DNA from: Yuukianura sp. NJ FZ-2021
Lineage: Eukaryota
NCBI GenBank assembly: GCA_046563655.1
Contig: CM102287.1
Span: 4,526,001-4,590,000, forward strand
Direction of reading: 5' to 3'
Length of the DNA: 64,000 bases
In this document: positions 13,785 to 26,671 of the stretch, piece after piece
Position numbering within the stretch: the first letter of the stretch is position 1
How the letters are laid out: every line of letters begins with the position of its first letter
Program-made: the position numbers and the translations under genes
The notes under the pieces: model-generated
What the model saw: the letters and a program-made list of their open reading frames with translations, nothing else
What the model was told of the DNA's origin: nothing
Database searches by the model: none

Positions 13785-15842
13785 CTAAGAAGTTCCATTT
13801 CTACTTGAATTCCTTGATACCGGAAGTACTGGTGGTATCGTTGGAGATGTTTTGTAACGGCCTTTCCTTGTTTTCGCCTCTATGATTTGCTGAGATCGAT
13901 TTTTAATTGAACTTCGGCTCACGGCTTCGTCATCGCTTGATTCGCTTCGTCTACCGAGCATTTTTGCATCCAATCCACTGGCACTTCCCATATCTCTGTC
14001 TGCTGACGGTCGAATTCTTCTGGATGATGACCTCGGACCAGGCGAAAGCCCACGACTACGGTCAATCCCTCTGGAACTTGTGATAGAACTTCTTCTGGAA
14101 GATGGAATTCCAAGCAAACCAGCAGTGAACGTATGGTCGACGTCCAGTAAACCTAGTTCTGATGACCCGTAACTGAACGTAGGTAAGATCGAATCGCTTT
14201 CGGGTGACAGTACTGGGCTACTCGGAAAAATGAATACATTCTCATTGTCTTTTTCTTCTTCCAGAAGAATGGATTCCATTTTGTCGAACAACGTCTTCAG
14301 AACTGTATTGACTCGTTCTCCTGTTGACATTTCCTGGCCAACTTCTTGTTCTGGAATGACGATGTGATAGCGAGAACATAATCGGCTCAACTTCTTCATC
14401 GCTTCACTGAAAACGTCAACCAGATTCGCGATTCTCTGTTCGGATTCATTTTTCTTCGCCTCTGTCACAGCAATCTTATCTTTGAGCTCAGCAATCTGAG
14501 CGTCCAGCATGTCTCGTTTAATTCCGCCACTGAACTGGAGTTGTGTCAACTTATCCTCTAGAAATCGTCTTCGTAATTTCTCTTTTCGAATTTTCGATTT
14601 GAGATCTGCCTCAATCTTTTCAAGTTCAAGAGCTCGAGCTCTCTGTTCTTCAAATCGAATTACAATCACGGCAGGATCTGATTCGCCAGTCATTTCTGCC
14701 AGTTTTTCATATACTTCAAGAACTGAGTGTTCCGTCTTCACTTCTTCCAATCCAACGACACTTCCAAAAAAGTAGAGTCCGTCGGCCAATGACGAGTCAC
14801 GATGTGACAAATGGAACTTTGGATAACTCAACATGCTTCCAATGTCTTCCATTTGTCCTCGTGTACGCTGCAGTTCTAACCGAGCTTCCATTAATTTCTC
14901 GTCTCGTTGTTCCGATTCTTTCAACATTTGGTCCTCCACCTAAAAATAACGTTATCACTGTGATCAAATGCAGGAACGTTTTGGTTTTCGATGGAAAAAC
15001 GTTCCCCGATGGATGTTTGTGATTTACCTCGGTTAGTTTCGTTATTGCTGCTTGACGAGCCGTCAGAGCTTTGGCCAAAGTTTGGTGCAGCTTCGTTTCC
15101 TCCTTTTGCTGTGCCAAAATTGTAATTTCCATGGATTTAATTGAGTTTCCTTTAGCATAATTTTCAGATTTCAGCGTTTCTAACATCGTTTTATACTTTG
15201 CTTGAATATTTTCAGCTTCTGTGATTCTCATCTCCATGTGGGCGGTATTGTTCTCTGCTTCACGAAGATCTCGCAACCTTGAAATTTAACAAAAATTAGG
15301 TCAATTTTCAACTTAGATTTTCTAAAATCTGGATTTCGAAGTATTTACATTGGTTGGACGTTTTTATTTGAACCGTAGAGGACTTTTTCCAGACGTTTTT
15401 CTTCTTTGGAAAGTTTCGTCAGTTGTCGTTTCTTCTCCAGTTTTTCGTAGTTTGCCAAATTGACTTTGTTTTTGGCATCTCCAATCATACATTCCAGTAG
15501 TTCGTGGCTCTCTGCAAAAGATTTGCCACGAAAAATATTTGCTTTTTTGTCCTTGTCTTCTTCTGTACCCCAACTGGCCTGGACGACACTGAAAAAATCT
15601 CCAGTTGATGCTCTTGCTACTTCTACCTCCTTTTTCTTAGCTGCGATTAGCTTCCGAAGTTCACCGATTTTGATTTCATTGTTTTTCAGTTCTTCTTCAT
15701 TTGTTTCGTAGTTGGCTCTACGTTCTCCTTCTACTAACTTAATTTGTCTTTTCACGTTGGCAATTTCAACGTAAATGGCTCGATGTGCGTCACTTCCGTA
15801 GATATTCTCTAAAGATCTTGATCTCTGTTTAGTCGCCGCCAT
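13785..15842 (-). CDS. CCDC151/ODAD3-like coiled-coil protein (outer dynein arm docking complex), 3 exons
   Basis: IANVKRQIKLVEGERRANYE...IGELRK and LREAENNTAHMEMRITEAENIQAKYKTMLETLKSE resemble CCDC151 N-terminal coils (recognised from memory). Long heptad regions and a Ser/Arg-rich tail follow. Confidence 0.65.
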
Positions 15843-16094
15843 TTTTATGCTGTGCAATTACAAAATCCAAACATCAACCACTTCGCAACGCTACTAAAAA
15901 GACAATCTGTGACTTAAGTTCTTCTTTAGATTGATTGATCAAACTTGTGTGATCAATACATCTCAGTTTGAGTTTGTAAGTGATGCAGAGATGCAACACG
16001 CAAGCTCTACAAAGGAAAATACTAAATCTAAGAATTTCATTTCCAAAATTGTTTTTTTCAATAATGTTATGTTTTATGTTACAGATATTGAGAA

Positions 16095-19000
16095 ATGGGT
16101 GGATTTTCACTGGGCAAACGCTCAGTGACCTCAACCACTTCGAACAGAGATAAAAGAACTAAACGAGATACTGGCGGAAGCACACGCAGTAGTCGAACTA
16201 ACAACACTAGCCGAGTTTCATCCACGCGTGGTTCGCGCGGACAGAAACGGAAGAGTAGTGGAATCGGTGGAGAAGAGGAGGAAGAGGACATCAGACCTTC
16301 ACAACGTCACGTTCTTTATGAAGATGACGAAGAAGACGAACTTCTTGGACTGTACAAGGAAGCCGGCGGAACAATTGTCGGAGACAACATTTGGATTCCG
16401 CCAAAGTAAGATACACTTAACCCAGAACAGAAAAATTAAGATTTGATTAATTGATTAATTGGTAATTTCAGAGCCGAACAAAAGGAACACGAACTCAAAG
16501 GCGAGAGACTTATCATTGAGAAAATCGTTTGCGAGAACTTCAAGAGTTACGGAGGAATCAAGGAAATGGGACCATTTCACAAGAGTTTCTCGGCAATCGT
16601 AGGACCAAACGGTAAGTTTTTCAAAAAGTTGAAAAATTCCCACAATGTTGAACTTTTACATGATATTTTGATGTTTTGATTCGGAAATCTTGATTTGGTT
16701 TTAGGAAATGGTAAAAGTAACATCATCGATGCCTTGCTGTTCGTCTTTGGTTACCGGTCAACGAAGATCCGATGCAAGAAAATGTCACTGCTAATTCACA
16801 AGTCCGAACTTCTGCCAAACATAAGCAGTACAACCGTAACTGTTCACTTTGTCAAGATCCTGGACGAAGGAGACGAAAATAGTGTTGCGATTGTTCCGGA
16901 TTCGAGAATCACAGTCATGCGCAGTGTAGACAAGCACAACGTTTCCGTCTACAAGCTCGATGGAAAACCTGTTCAGTTTCATGAAGTTGCTGAATTTCTC
17001 AAGAACAATGGCGTAGACATCATCCACAACCGATTTCTGATTCTACAAGGAGAAGTCGAATCCATTTCTCAGTTGCCGCCAAAACGCAGAAATCAGCATG
17101 AAAGTGGACTTTTGGAGTTTTTGGAAGAAGTGATCGGAACAAAACGATACATGAAGTGTCTTCATCAACTGGAAGAAGCCATTGATAAACTCAATTTCAA
17201 TCGAGAAGCTAAACTTTTTTCGGTGGATCTCGTCGAAAAGGAACTTATGGCCTTGAAAGAACCTGTTTCTAAAGCGAAAGAATATTTGAGAGAACAGAAT
17301 GCTGTTACACGATCAAAACATCAACTGCAACAACTTCAAATTCAAGAAATCAAAACTGAACTAGGCGATTTGGAAAAACAGAAGAAAGAAGCTGAAGATA
17401 AAATTGCAGAAACTGATAAAGCTTTGGCAGAACTCAAAGATGGAAATTCTGAGCGAGAAAAAGAGTTTTTAGAAAAAGAGAAGCGAGTGAAGACGCTGGA
17501 ACAGGATGGACATCGATTCCAGAAAATCATTACTTCAACGGAAGCCAAATTCACAAAAGTGAAAGAGCAAATTCAAAATGACAACAATCGAAGGAAGGCA
17601 GTCAAGAAGGAAATCACGGTGAAGGAGAAGGAATTAGAAGTTCTGGAAGAAGTTCCAACAAAATCTGAAAAGGAAATCAAGATCCTTGGCAAACGAAGAG
17701 ATGATCTGGATGCAGAAATCGGAAAAGAAGAGGAGATTGTGAAGAAAGAGATGGTCAAAATTGAAGCCGAAGTTGAAAAGTATTCAGCCGAGAGCAAAGT
17801 GCTCACGAAGGCTTTCGTAGAAGCAAAAGCCGGAAGAGATGCGGCTAAAAAGAAAAGTGAAGCACTGGAATCCGAGTTGAAAGTTGCAAAAGAGCGGAGT
17901 GAGGGAGAAGAAAGGAAATTGGAGACGCTGAAACAGGAACTGGAAGACCTCAAGAACAAAATCAAAGAAAATGAAAGAAGCGCTCGATCGTCGCTTGGAA
18001 ACAAAGTTGCTGCACTGGAAAAGGAGCTGCAAGAGAAGAAAGTTGAGAGAGACGCTGTTCATCATGAAGAAAGAGTTGTGGAGCTGGAATATGAACGAGC
18101 TCGAGCTGCTTATGCTGATGCTCGTCAAATGTTCCAAGATTCGCAAACGGATGATGCAATTTACAAAGCGTTTTTTGATGAGAAAGCAAAAGGGAGACTC
18201 GGTGGTAAGCATTTTTCAAAAAAAAGTTTGTTCCAATTTGGAAAGAAACCAAAAAGGTATCGTACCTGGGTTATGAAGTCCTGATTTTTGATTATTTTTT
18301 TAGGAGTTTATGGGCGGCTGCGTGATTTGGCAACGATTGATGAAAAGTACAACGTTGCAGCGACCGTGAGCACTGGAATGTGGGATCACTGGGTTGTCGA
18401 CAGCGAAGTGACTGGAGAAGAAGCGATCAACTTTCTACGTCAAAGGAATTTGCCATTTCAGAACTTCCAGTGTCTGAGCAAGTTGCAGCGATATCTCCAG
18501 ACTGCGAGACAACCGTTCAAGGCTCCACCGAATTCGCACAGGATCTTTGACCTCATCAAGGTCAACAAACCGGAAGTGACCTCTGCCTTCTACAAAGCCC
18601 TTGGCAATACTCTGGTTGCTGACAACATCGATATTGGGTCAGACATTGCTTATGCTCCACAAAATCGAAGCAAAGTTGCTACACTCGCTGGAGAAATTAT
18701 TGATCCTTCAGGTAAATTCAAAAATTCGCCAATTCTTAATTTTTCACAAAATTCAAAAAACTTGTTTCGAGATTTTCAGAATCTTAAAGTTCAATTTTTC
18801 TTTGTAGGTGCCATGACTGGAGGCGGTCGTCAAAAAATTATTGGAAAAATGAACGGACGGATGGCAGCTCGTCTGGAGCGGTCAATGTCAGAACGTGAAT
18901 ATCAAGACATCAAGGAGACGCTGGACGTTGCTCAAAAGAAGTACAACGATCTCTTTACCAAGCGCCAAGCACTGGACAATGAAATTCAGTCACTTGGACT

Positions 19001-21544
19001 CAAGTTTCGTGATGCTCAAGAGAAAGTCAACTCTTCCAAGACTGATCCAGAAGCAATGAAGAGGCGAATCGTTCTAAAAGAGAAACAAGTTGCAGATCAG
19101 GCCGAAAAAGTCAAAACTTCCAAATTGGATCCAAAATACTTGAAGACCAAGGAAACCGAACTGGCTGCTCTCGTTCAAGAATTTGAAGATGCAATGGAAC
19201 CTTGCACTGCAGCAGAAGCTGCCGCCAAAAAAGTTGAATCCAAACTTAAACTTTTGAGAGGAGAAAAAACGAAGGAAATCAGAAAGAAGTTGGATTTCAG
19301 TTTGGAACAGCGTAAGAAAGTTATTGAAGATTTCGATCGACATACCATTGCTCTCCGGAATTACGATGCAAATCATGAAAAATTGGTGGCGGCAATTGAA
19401 AATTTAAAAAATGAAAAAACACGGTTGGAAACGGAGATGCTTGAATTGGAAGAAAAGAGGAAGGAGTTGACTGACAAAGGAATTGAAGTGGCTAATGAAA
19501 TGGAAGCGATCAAGACAGAATTGGAGGCGGGGAAAAAGGAACTTCAGGTTTTGAAAAAAGCAATGAGTGAAGTCAACAAAAAGCGCGGAGAGCTTGAGAG
19601 TCGTCGGAGTGTTGAAGCGATTGAGTTGGGAAATGCTACTGGAAGATTTAAAGCGATCGCTGGAAAAGTGGATTCGATCAAGCGGAAAATGGGAGATTTG
19701 AAACTTGAAGACATTCCGAACGAAGATGTGGAGCCACTGAAGGAATTGACGGAGCAGGATTTTGAAAATTTAAATGCACAAGATCTGGAGGAATTCATCG
19801 CAAAAACGACTCAAGAGCTGAAGAAGATGAATCCAAATCTGTTGATTTTGGAGCAGTATAAAAATAAAGTAAGATTTTGAAGAATTTATTGAATTTTTAT
19901 ACTTTTTTGAAATATTTTTGAGTTTTTGACTTTTTTTTTGTAAATAGGTGGATGAGTTTCTAAGAAAAGTTTCTGTGCTGGACGAAATCACTTTGGCAAG
20001 AGATACGCATCGTAACGTTTACGTGTCTACGTTGCTTCAGCGTTTGACTGAATTCATGAATGGATTTGCCATAATTTCGCTCAAGTTGAAAGAAATGTTT
20101 CGTATGATTTCAATGGGAGGAGACGCAGAGTTGGATCTTGTGGACTCTACAGATCCATATTCACTGGGAATCAATTTTTGGTAAGTTTTTTGAAAAACTG
20201 AGAAAAAAGTTGAATTTTGGTTTTATTTGTCTTTAATTTTGATTGTGTTTTTACAAAAGTGTTCGCCCTGCCGGAAAATCCTGGAAGAACATTTCGCATC
20301 TTTCTGGAGGAGAAAAAACTTTGTCTTCACTTGCTCTCATTTTCGCTCTTCATCATTTCAAACCTAGTCCATTTTACGTCATGGACGAAATTGATGCTGC
20401 CTTGGATTTCAAAAATGTGTCAATCATTGCAAATTACATAAAGGTAAAGCTAGAATTTAAAAATTTTAAGAATCTTGAGTTTTTGAAAACCTGTTTTAAT
20501 TTGTAGGATCGAACAAAGTTTACTCAGTTTGTGATCGTTTCTCTGCGTGCCAATATGTTTGAATTGGCTGACAGCATGATCGGCATTGTGAAAGTAAACA
20601 ACATTTCATTTCCAACGCATCTTGGAGTTAGTAAGCTCCTGTCTCAACTTCGCGAAAAGTTTTTGGAAGCTGGTCGAACTTTTCCACTTGAGAATGAGTA
20701 CATGGCCAACAACCGATGTCACCGTCAACAGGAACTTGTGAAGCTTGTTGAGTCGAAGAAGAAAAAAGAAGCGGAGGATAATCTGTTCAATGCCAATTAC
20801 TCAATCATCAATGAGGAAGAAGACGATTTACTGCCGAATCTTAGCCAAGATTTGCAACAAGGTACTGGTGATAAGCCAGAGGCCGGAGAAAAGTCGATTG
20901 TTGAAGTTCCTGGAGCTGCTGAATCTGGTACTGTAGCGTTTCCAAATTTTTAGCACAAACTTGTCAAAATATTTTTGAAAACAAAATGCTTGGTTGATTT
21001 TTTAGGTGAGACTGTTCAGAAGGACGGAGGAAGAAAACGAGTAAAACTGAGTCCAGAAGCAGACAAAGACGAAAAGAATAAGACTGCTGCTGAAGAAATT
21101 TTTCTGGAGCCCAGGAACTTGTCAAAAATTTTGGAAGAAGAGGAGGAGGAAGAAGAAACTGTCGCTGAAAAGTCGAAAAATAAAACTGAACTGGAGGAGG
21201 AAGAACCTGTCGCTGAAAAGTCGAAAAATAAAACAGAACTGGAGGAGGAGGCTGAAACAGGAAATACCGTGGTAGAAAAGTCGAAAAATACGACACAAAT
21301 ACATATCAGCGTTGAAAATATCAAACAAAGTAACAGTCCAGCGCATGCTCAACTTCAAAATTCCATGGAAGAAGAAGAAACGGAAGTTACTCCAGCCAGT
21401 GAAGATGAACATGAAGATGCCAATGATGAACAAGCTACGCCTGAAGAACCAATGGAAATGGACGAATCGTCAATCCCATTGGACGATAAGTCAGTGGTAG
21501 CCGAGACGTCGGAGGAGTATGAATCTGCAAGTGAAGACTTATAA
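16095..21544 (+). CDS. SMC4: Structural maintenance of chromosomes protein 4-like (condensin), multi-exon
   Basis: [39 protein letters not shown] (Walker A), [12 protein letters not shown] (Q-loop), hinge GVYGRL...[26 protein letters not shown] (signature) and [18 protein letters not shown] (Walker B/D-loop). The last exon, 21006-21544, joins in frame from the donor after 20927. Confidence 0.95.
21137..21290 (+). repeat. Coding 48-bp repeat ([15 protein letters not shown]), about 3 copies, in the SMC4 tail
   Basis: CTGTCGCTGAAAAGTCGAAAAATAAAAC occurs at 21159 and 21207, with a third degenerate copy near 21270. Confidence 0.85.
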
Positions 21545-21918
21545 GCTGATTAGTCTGCTTCCTTTCTACTACAAAACTTTTTAGCATGCTATACATTCCT
21601 ATTTGCTATTTTTGTCACAATAAGTCTTAGCTTACTTTGTAATTCTAATTAGTGAGTTTTCACACCCTAAGTGCTTGTACAACAAATTAAAAGTGTCCCA
21701 CGGTCAGTTGGGTCGTTTGCATAATTCGCAATTCTGTTTCTCACTTTTTGTGTTCTGATCTTGAGAATTTGTTTTTTGTGCGAAATCATCTTCAACACAG
21801 GTGAGAAGTCGCTTGTTGCGTCTCGTTCCAAGTACTTTGGAAGGTCACTGGGATGAGGTGTCTAAACTTTTTTGTCTTTGTTTCAGTTGACTTTTGCTGG
21901 TGGTGGACAGTGGTCAAG

Positions 21919-24900
21919 ATGAGAACGACTCTTCTGGACAACATTGTTGTCCACTTATACCTGTTTCTGCTGCTAATTGCTACAAGTGTCAAGCCCCAAA
22001 TAACTTTTACGGACAGAGAAGTAAGTTTTTGAGACAAAAAAAAAACATTTTCAAGATTTACATACTTTTCTTCCAATTTTCTCAAAAGTTTGCAAAAATC
22101 TGGCTTTCTTTTACCTGTGCGAATTTGCTAATTTGCGATTTTTCACTTTCAGGGTGGAAGCCGCTCTGTGAACAACAACGCTGGGAATAACCGTAACATT
22201 ATTTTTGATGAAGCCCCACCAGTAGACGCCCCACCATGTCGTACGCCTGATCAGGTATGACTTGAAATTATACACATTTTTGCGAAATTCAGAATTTTTG
22301 AAAATTTTGAATTATTCTTAAAATCCATGCACATTGCACAATTTTGAACTCTGCAATTAGTAATCTGACCTTGTTAGGAGGATTATTCGAGATTCAGTTC
22401 GACTTGCAATTTTTTTCTGTTCACTTCTGAGTTCTGATGACATTTTCGAAATTTTGAAAATCAAATTTTTTCAAATCAAGCTACTTTGCAAATTTTGAGT
22501 GTCGAGTGGCACACGTTGAGCAGCGCATCATGACTTTTGTATTCTTGGAATTTGGAATGATGAATATTTTTAAAGCAATTGGAATTTCCTATTAATCCCA
22601 TTGTTATTATTTAACATCGTCATTGTTAACGCATTGTTGTGCACCTTGATGACGAAGAAGGTGGAGTTGATAAGATGACGACTTGGAAAAGAAATGCAGA
22701 TTTTCACACGTCAAAATTTGCAATTTGTGAAAAGTCATTCAATGTCCTTGAGTTGTTGAAATTCGCAACGTGTAAATCCGGCTGCCTTACCAAGAATTCT
22801 TGTTTTGTGCCTAGCGTCCCGGAACCTGCAAATCTCTGGCGGAGTGTGCAATTTTCTTTGCAGAAATTCCAACGCTCCTCGAAACGCCATGCTCCACTGG
22901 AAACGGGCAGGAGGGAGTGTGTTGTCCTGCGAGGGCATCCGTCAAGTCACCGCGACCAGGCGTCAGTTCCAGCGGTGTGCTGACTCCGCCCCCTCCCCCG
23001 AGGGTGGAAATCCCCAAGGTCACGAGGGAACAGCTACTCGTTGTGGTGGATAACAGCATTAGAGCATTTACCAGGAGACAGCAGTCTGCAAACAAGATTC
23101 TCTTTGAAGAAAACGTAAGAATTTAAAAATTTGACATTTTTGAAAAGTTATTTTTCCAAAATTTTGAAACTTTCAAAATTGTTCCTTTCTGAATTCTAGA
23201 TTCAAGTACCCAAAGGAAGTCCGTCAGCGTCACATCAGCGATTTTTTACTTCCACAAACGACATTTTGGATGAAGGGAACAAAGCTCAGCTGAACATTGA
23301 AGCTTCTACGACGCTTGTCAACGAGTGAGTAGAAATTTTGAAAAAAAATTTGAAAATGCAGTTTTTCAGTTTCGAAAACTCGCCAACTTTTTCATTTTTT
23401 GCAACTTTACAGCCTCAAATTGTCCAAACTTCAAGGAACTTTTGCTCTCCCACACATCAGTGCCAGAAACACGCTGATTGCCAACACTTGCCCTCCAGTG
23501 GCAACATGTCGCCCTGGATTTCCGTATCGAACCATAGACGGATCCTGCAATAACGTCCAGAATCCAGATTGGGGAAAAGCCGGAACAGCGTTTCAGCGAA
23601 TTCTGGCTCCAAAGTATGCTGACGGTGTTAGCAGTCCAAGGACGCTGGACACACGGGGTAGACCACTTCCATCAGCTCGTGCCATCAGTTCGTTTTTCAT
23701 TCCAGACGAAAACAGGCCGTATAATAACATCACTCTGATGCTGATGCAGTGGTAAGACTTCAATTTAAAAACTGAACATGCGCATCTCTTGATATGTCAT
23801 TAACCTTTGACCTCTTTCAGGGGTCAATTTCTGGACCATGACCTCACTCATACTCCAATTGTGAAAGGAGCCAATCAGACGAGCATCTCGTGCTGCCAAG
23901 ATGGCCAACTCTTGGGGGCTCAATTTCGACATCCCGATTGCTTTCCAATTGAAATTCCAAGCAACGACCCCTTCTTCAGTCAGCATCGACAGCAGTGCAT
24001 GGATTTCGTTAGGTGAGGTGAAAATTATATATAATAAATCATTAAATATAAATAATTTCAAGTATTTATGTAAATAATATTGATTTGATTTTGACCTTTG
24101 ACCTTAGATCTCTACCATCTCCAAGACGCGAGTGTAACTTTGGTCCGAGAGAGCAAATGTCACAAATTACGTCGTACATTGATGGGTCAAACGTTTACGG
24201 ATCGAGTGAAACCCGTGCGAGGAATTTGCGGGAGTTTCAAGGCGGAAGACTCAAGGCACAACGGAATTCGGACCGTAGAAAACGCGAACTCCTTCCGGCG
24301 AGTCCCAATGAATGTTCGGATTCCGAGCGACGTCGATTCTGTTTCACCGCGGGGGATGTTCGTGTGAATGAGCAGATTGACCTGGCAGTGATGCACACAA
24401 TTTGGTTGAGAGAACACAATCGAATTGCAGCAGAACTTCAAAATTTAAATCCAAACTGGAGTGATGAAATCCTGTTTCAGGAGACACGCAGAATCGTCAT
24501 TGCAGAAATGGAACACATCACTTATAATGAATTTCTGCCGCTTGTGCTTGGACCGGAGTATATGCGAACTTTCAACATGACGCCCATTTCGGTGGGTCAC
24601 ACGACCTTGTATGACCCTGAAGTTGACCCCAGCATTACAAATGCTTTCGCTGCCGCTGCTTTTCGCTTTGGACATTCCCTAGTCCAAGGAGTTATCGAGT
24701 AAGTTCAACAACGTTTGAATTTTATGCTGATTTCGAACAGTGATTTTCATCAACAATTTACAGTTTCACGGTTGTCCCCTCATCTGATGTCGTTGGGTTG
24801 ACTTACTTATGCTTACGAATTATTATACAGTGTGCGCCAGCGAAAAGAGTACACCACAATTTTGTTTCCATAGAGACGAGTTGAAACTTATGTAAACATG

Positions 24901-26671
24901 CGGGGAATGTTTCCTCGAAACTTTAGCTACCCGCTATGTTGGAATTTTGCAAATTGCGTTATTCCGCTGGTTTTCCCTCCATACTTTCGAAATTAAACAA
25001 ATTACAGATTTTTGGGTGTACTCTTTTCCCTGGCGCACACGGTATAAATCAAAATCTGTAATAAAATAATATAAAAATATAATATAAATAAAATGTTAAT
25101 TTACTATTTTCTTTCTTTAGGGGCGTGAATCAGTTTGGAACTATTTCTCAAGCATTTTCGTTGACGCAGACGCAGTTCCAGCCGTTTCCGGTCTACGATC
25201 ACTTTGATTCCTTCGTTCGTGGATTAGCAACACAAGACTGTCAGCGATTCGACAACTTTTTCAGTGATCACGTGAGTTCATTCTTTTTTATGTTGAAAAT
25301 TCGCAGCAATTTGTTCAATTTCACTATTTTTTCAAATTCAATTTTCCAAAATTTCAAAAATTCAGAATTTTTCAATGTTTTCTAGCTTACCAAGCATCTA
25401 TTTCAAGGAAGCTCTCAATTTGGCCTTGACCTTGTAGCACTGAATATTCAACGCGGAAGGTAATTCTTTAACTCATTTGTGATTTTACTAATTTTGCATG
25501 CGTTAATTAACTTTAAAGATTAATTAATTGAATTTGTAGAGATCACGGATTGCCAAGCTACAACGACTGGAGAGAAGTTTGCAGTTTGCCGAGAATTAAC
25601 TCATGGGACGATTTGCGTGACCACTTGACCCCACACGTATGACCTTTCAAATAACATGTTTATTATTATACAAATTTAATGTTTTTATATGTAACTTATT
25701 AATATTATTATATTATTGTAGGCTGCAAGCAGAATTGAGCGTCTGTATCAGTCCGTGGATGACATTGACTTGTACGTGGGAGCTGTTGGAGAGAAGCCGC
25801 TTCAAGACGCAATTCTTGGACCAGTTTTTCTTTGTCTCGTTGGAGATCAGTTTGCTCGTCTTCGACGTGGCGACAGATTCTTCTATGAAGAAAAAACTGC
25901 CAGATTTACCGAAGGTAACGTAAAAAAACTCAAATTTTTTTGAAATTTTTAATGTTAACAAATTGCACAATTGCAGGTCAGCTTGATCAAATTCGAAAAG
26001 TGAGCTTAGCTCGCGTACTTTGTGACAATTCAGATGAAATTACAGTTATCCAGCCCCTTGTAATGCAAAAAGCGTCCGTTCTGTAAGTATCTACAAACAC
26101 GATATACTACAAGCAAACACAAACTTTCCGTTTTCGTCTATTTTTGAAGAAATAATTCACAAACTTTTGTTCGGATTTCAGAAATCGTCGTCTCCCATGT
26201 ACAACCGATGCCATTCCAGCACTTGACATGTCATTTTGGCGCGAATTTCGTCAAGTCCCGTTTCCATCCAATACTGCTTCCCCCAACCGTCAAGTTTTCC
26301 GCCCCCCAACAGCCCCACCCAATCGTCAGCAATTCGTTCCCGCCAATCCGCCTCCGAATCGTCAACAATTCGTTTCCCCAAATCCTCCTCCGAATCGTCA
26401 ACAATTCGTTTCCCCAAATCCTCCGCCGAATCGTCAACAATTCGTTTCACCGAATCAACCTCCGAATCGTCAGCAGTTCGTTTCCCCCAATCCTCCTCCC
26501 CAACAATTCGTTTCGCCCACTGCCTCTACCGGTCGTCAAATTATCCGACCAATCAACATCACGGTTCGTCAGCCAGCCCAAACGTCACCGAATCTAAGTT
26601 TCACAACATTTGTAGATCAATTTCAACAACCGCAACGCCAATTCCAGTCCCAAAGTCGACGCTCTTTTTGA
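21919..26671 (+). CDS. Secreted animal heme peroxidase (peroxinectin/chorion peroxidase-like) with N-terminal clip domain and Pro/Gln/Asn repeat tail
   Basis: Signal peptide [26 protein letters not shown]; clip pattern [43 protein letters not shown] (distal His); [16 protein letters not shown] (proximal His); [23 protein letters not shown]. Confidence 0.93.
24828..25042. mobile_element. 215-bp Tc1/mariner-type MITE in a peroxidase intron
   Basis: 28-bp TIRs CAGTGTGCGCCAGCGAAAAGAGTACACC and (reverse complement) CCGTGTGCGCCAGGGAAAAGAGTACACC with 2 mismatches; TA flanks both sides. Confidence 0.85.
26310..26520 (+). repeat. Coding 36-bp tandem repeat ([12 protein letters not shown], about 5 copies)
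   Basis: CCGAATCGTCAACAATTCGTTTCCCCAAATCCTCC-like units at 36-nt period in the last peroxidase exon. Confidence 0.92.

Noticed and set aside
16791..19798. Many antisense ORFs rich in S/F/L opposite SMC4
   Set aside because: Shadow frames of a Lys/Glu-rich coiled-coil coding strand.
26310..26520. 36-bp periodic repeat superficially like a CRISPR array
   Set aside because: No unique spacers; it is an in-frame coding tandem repeat in a eukaryotic exon.
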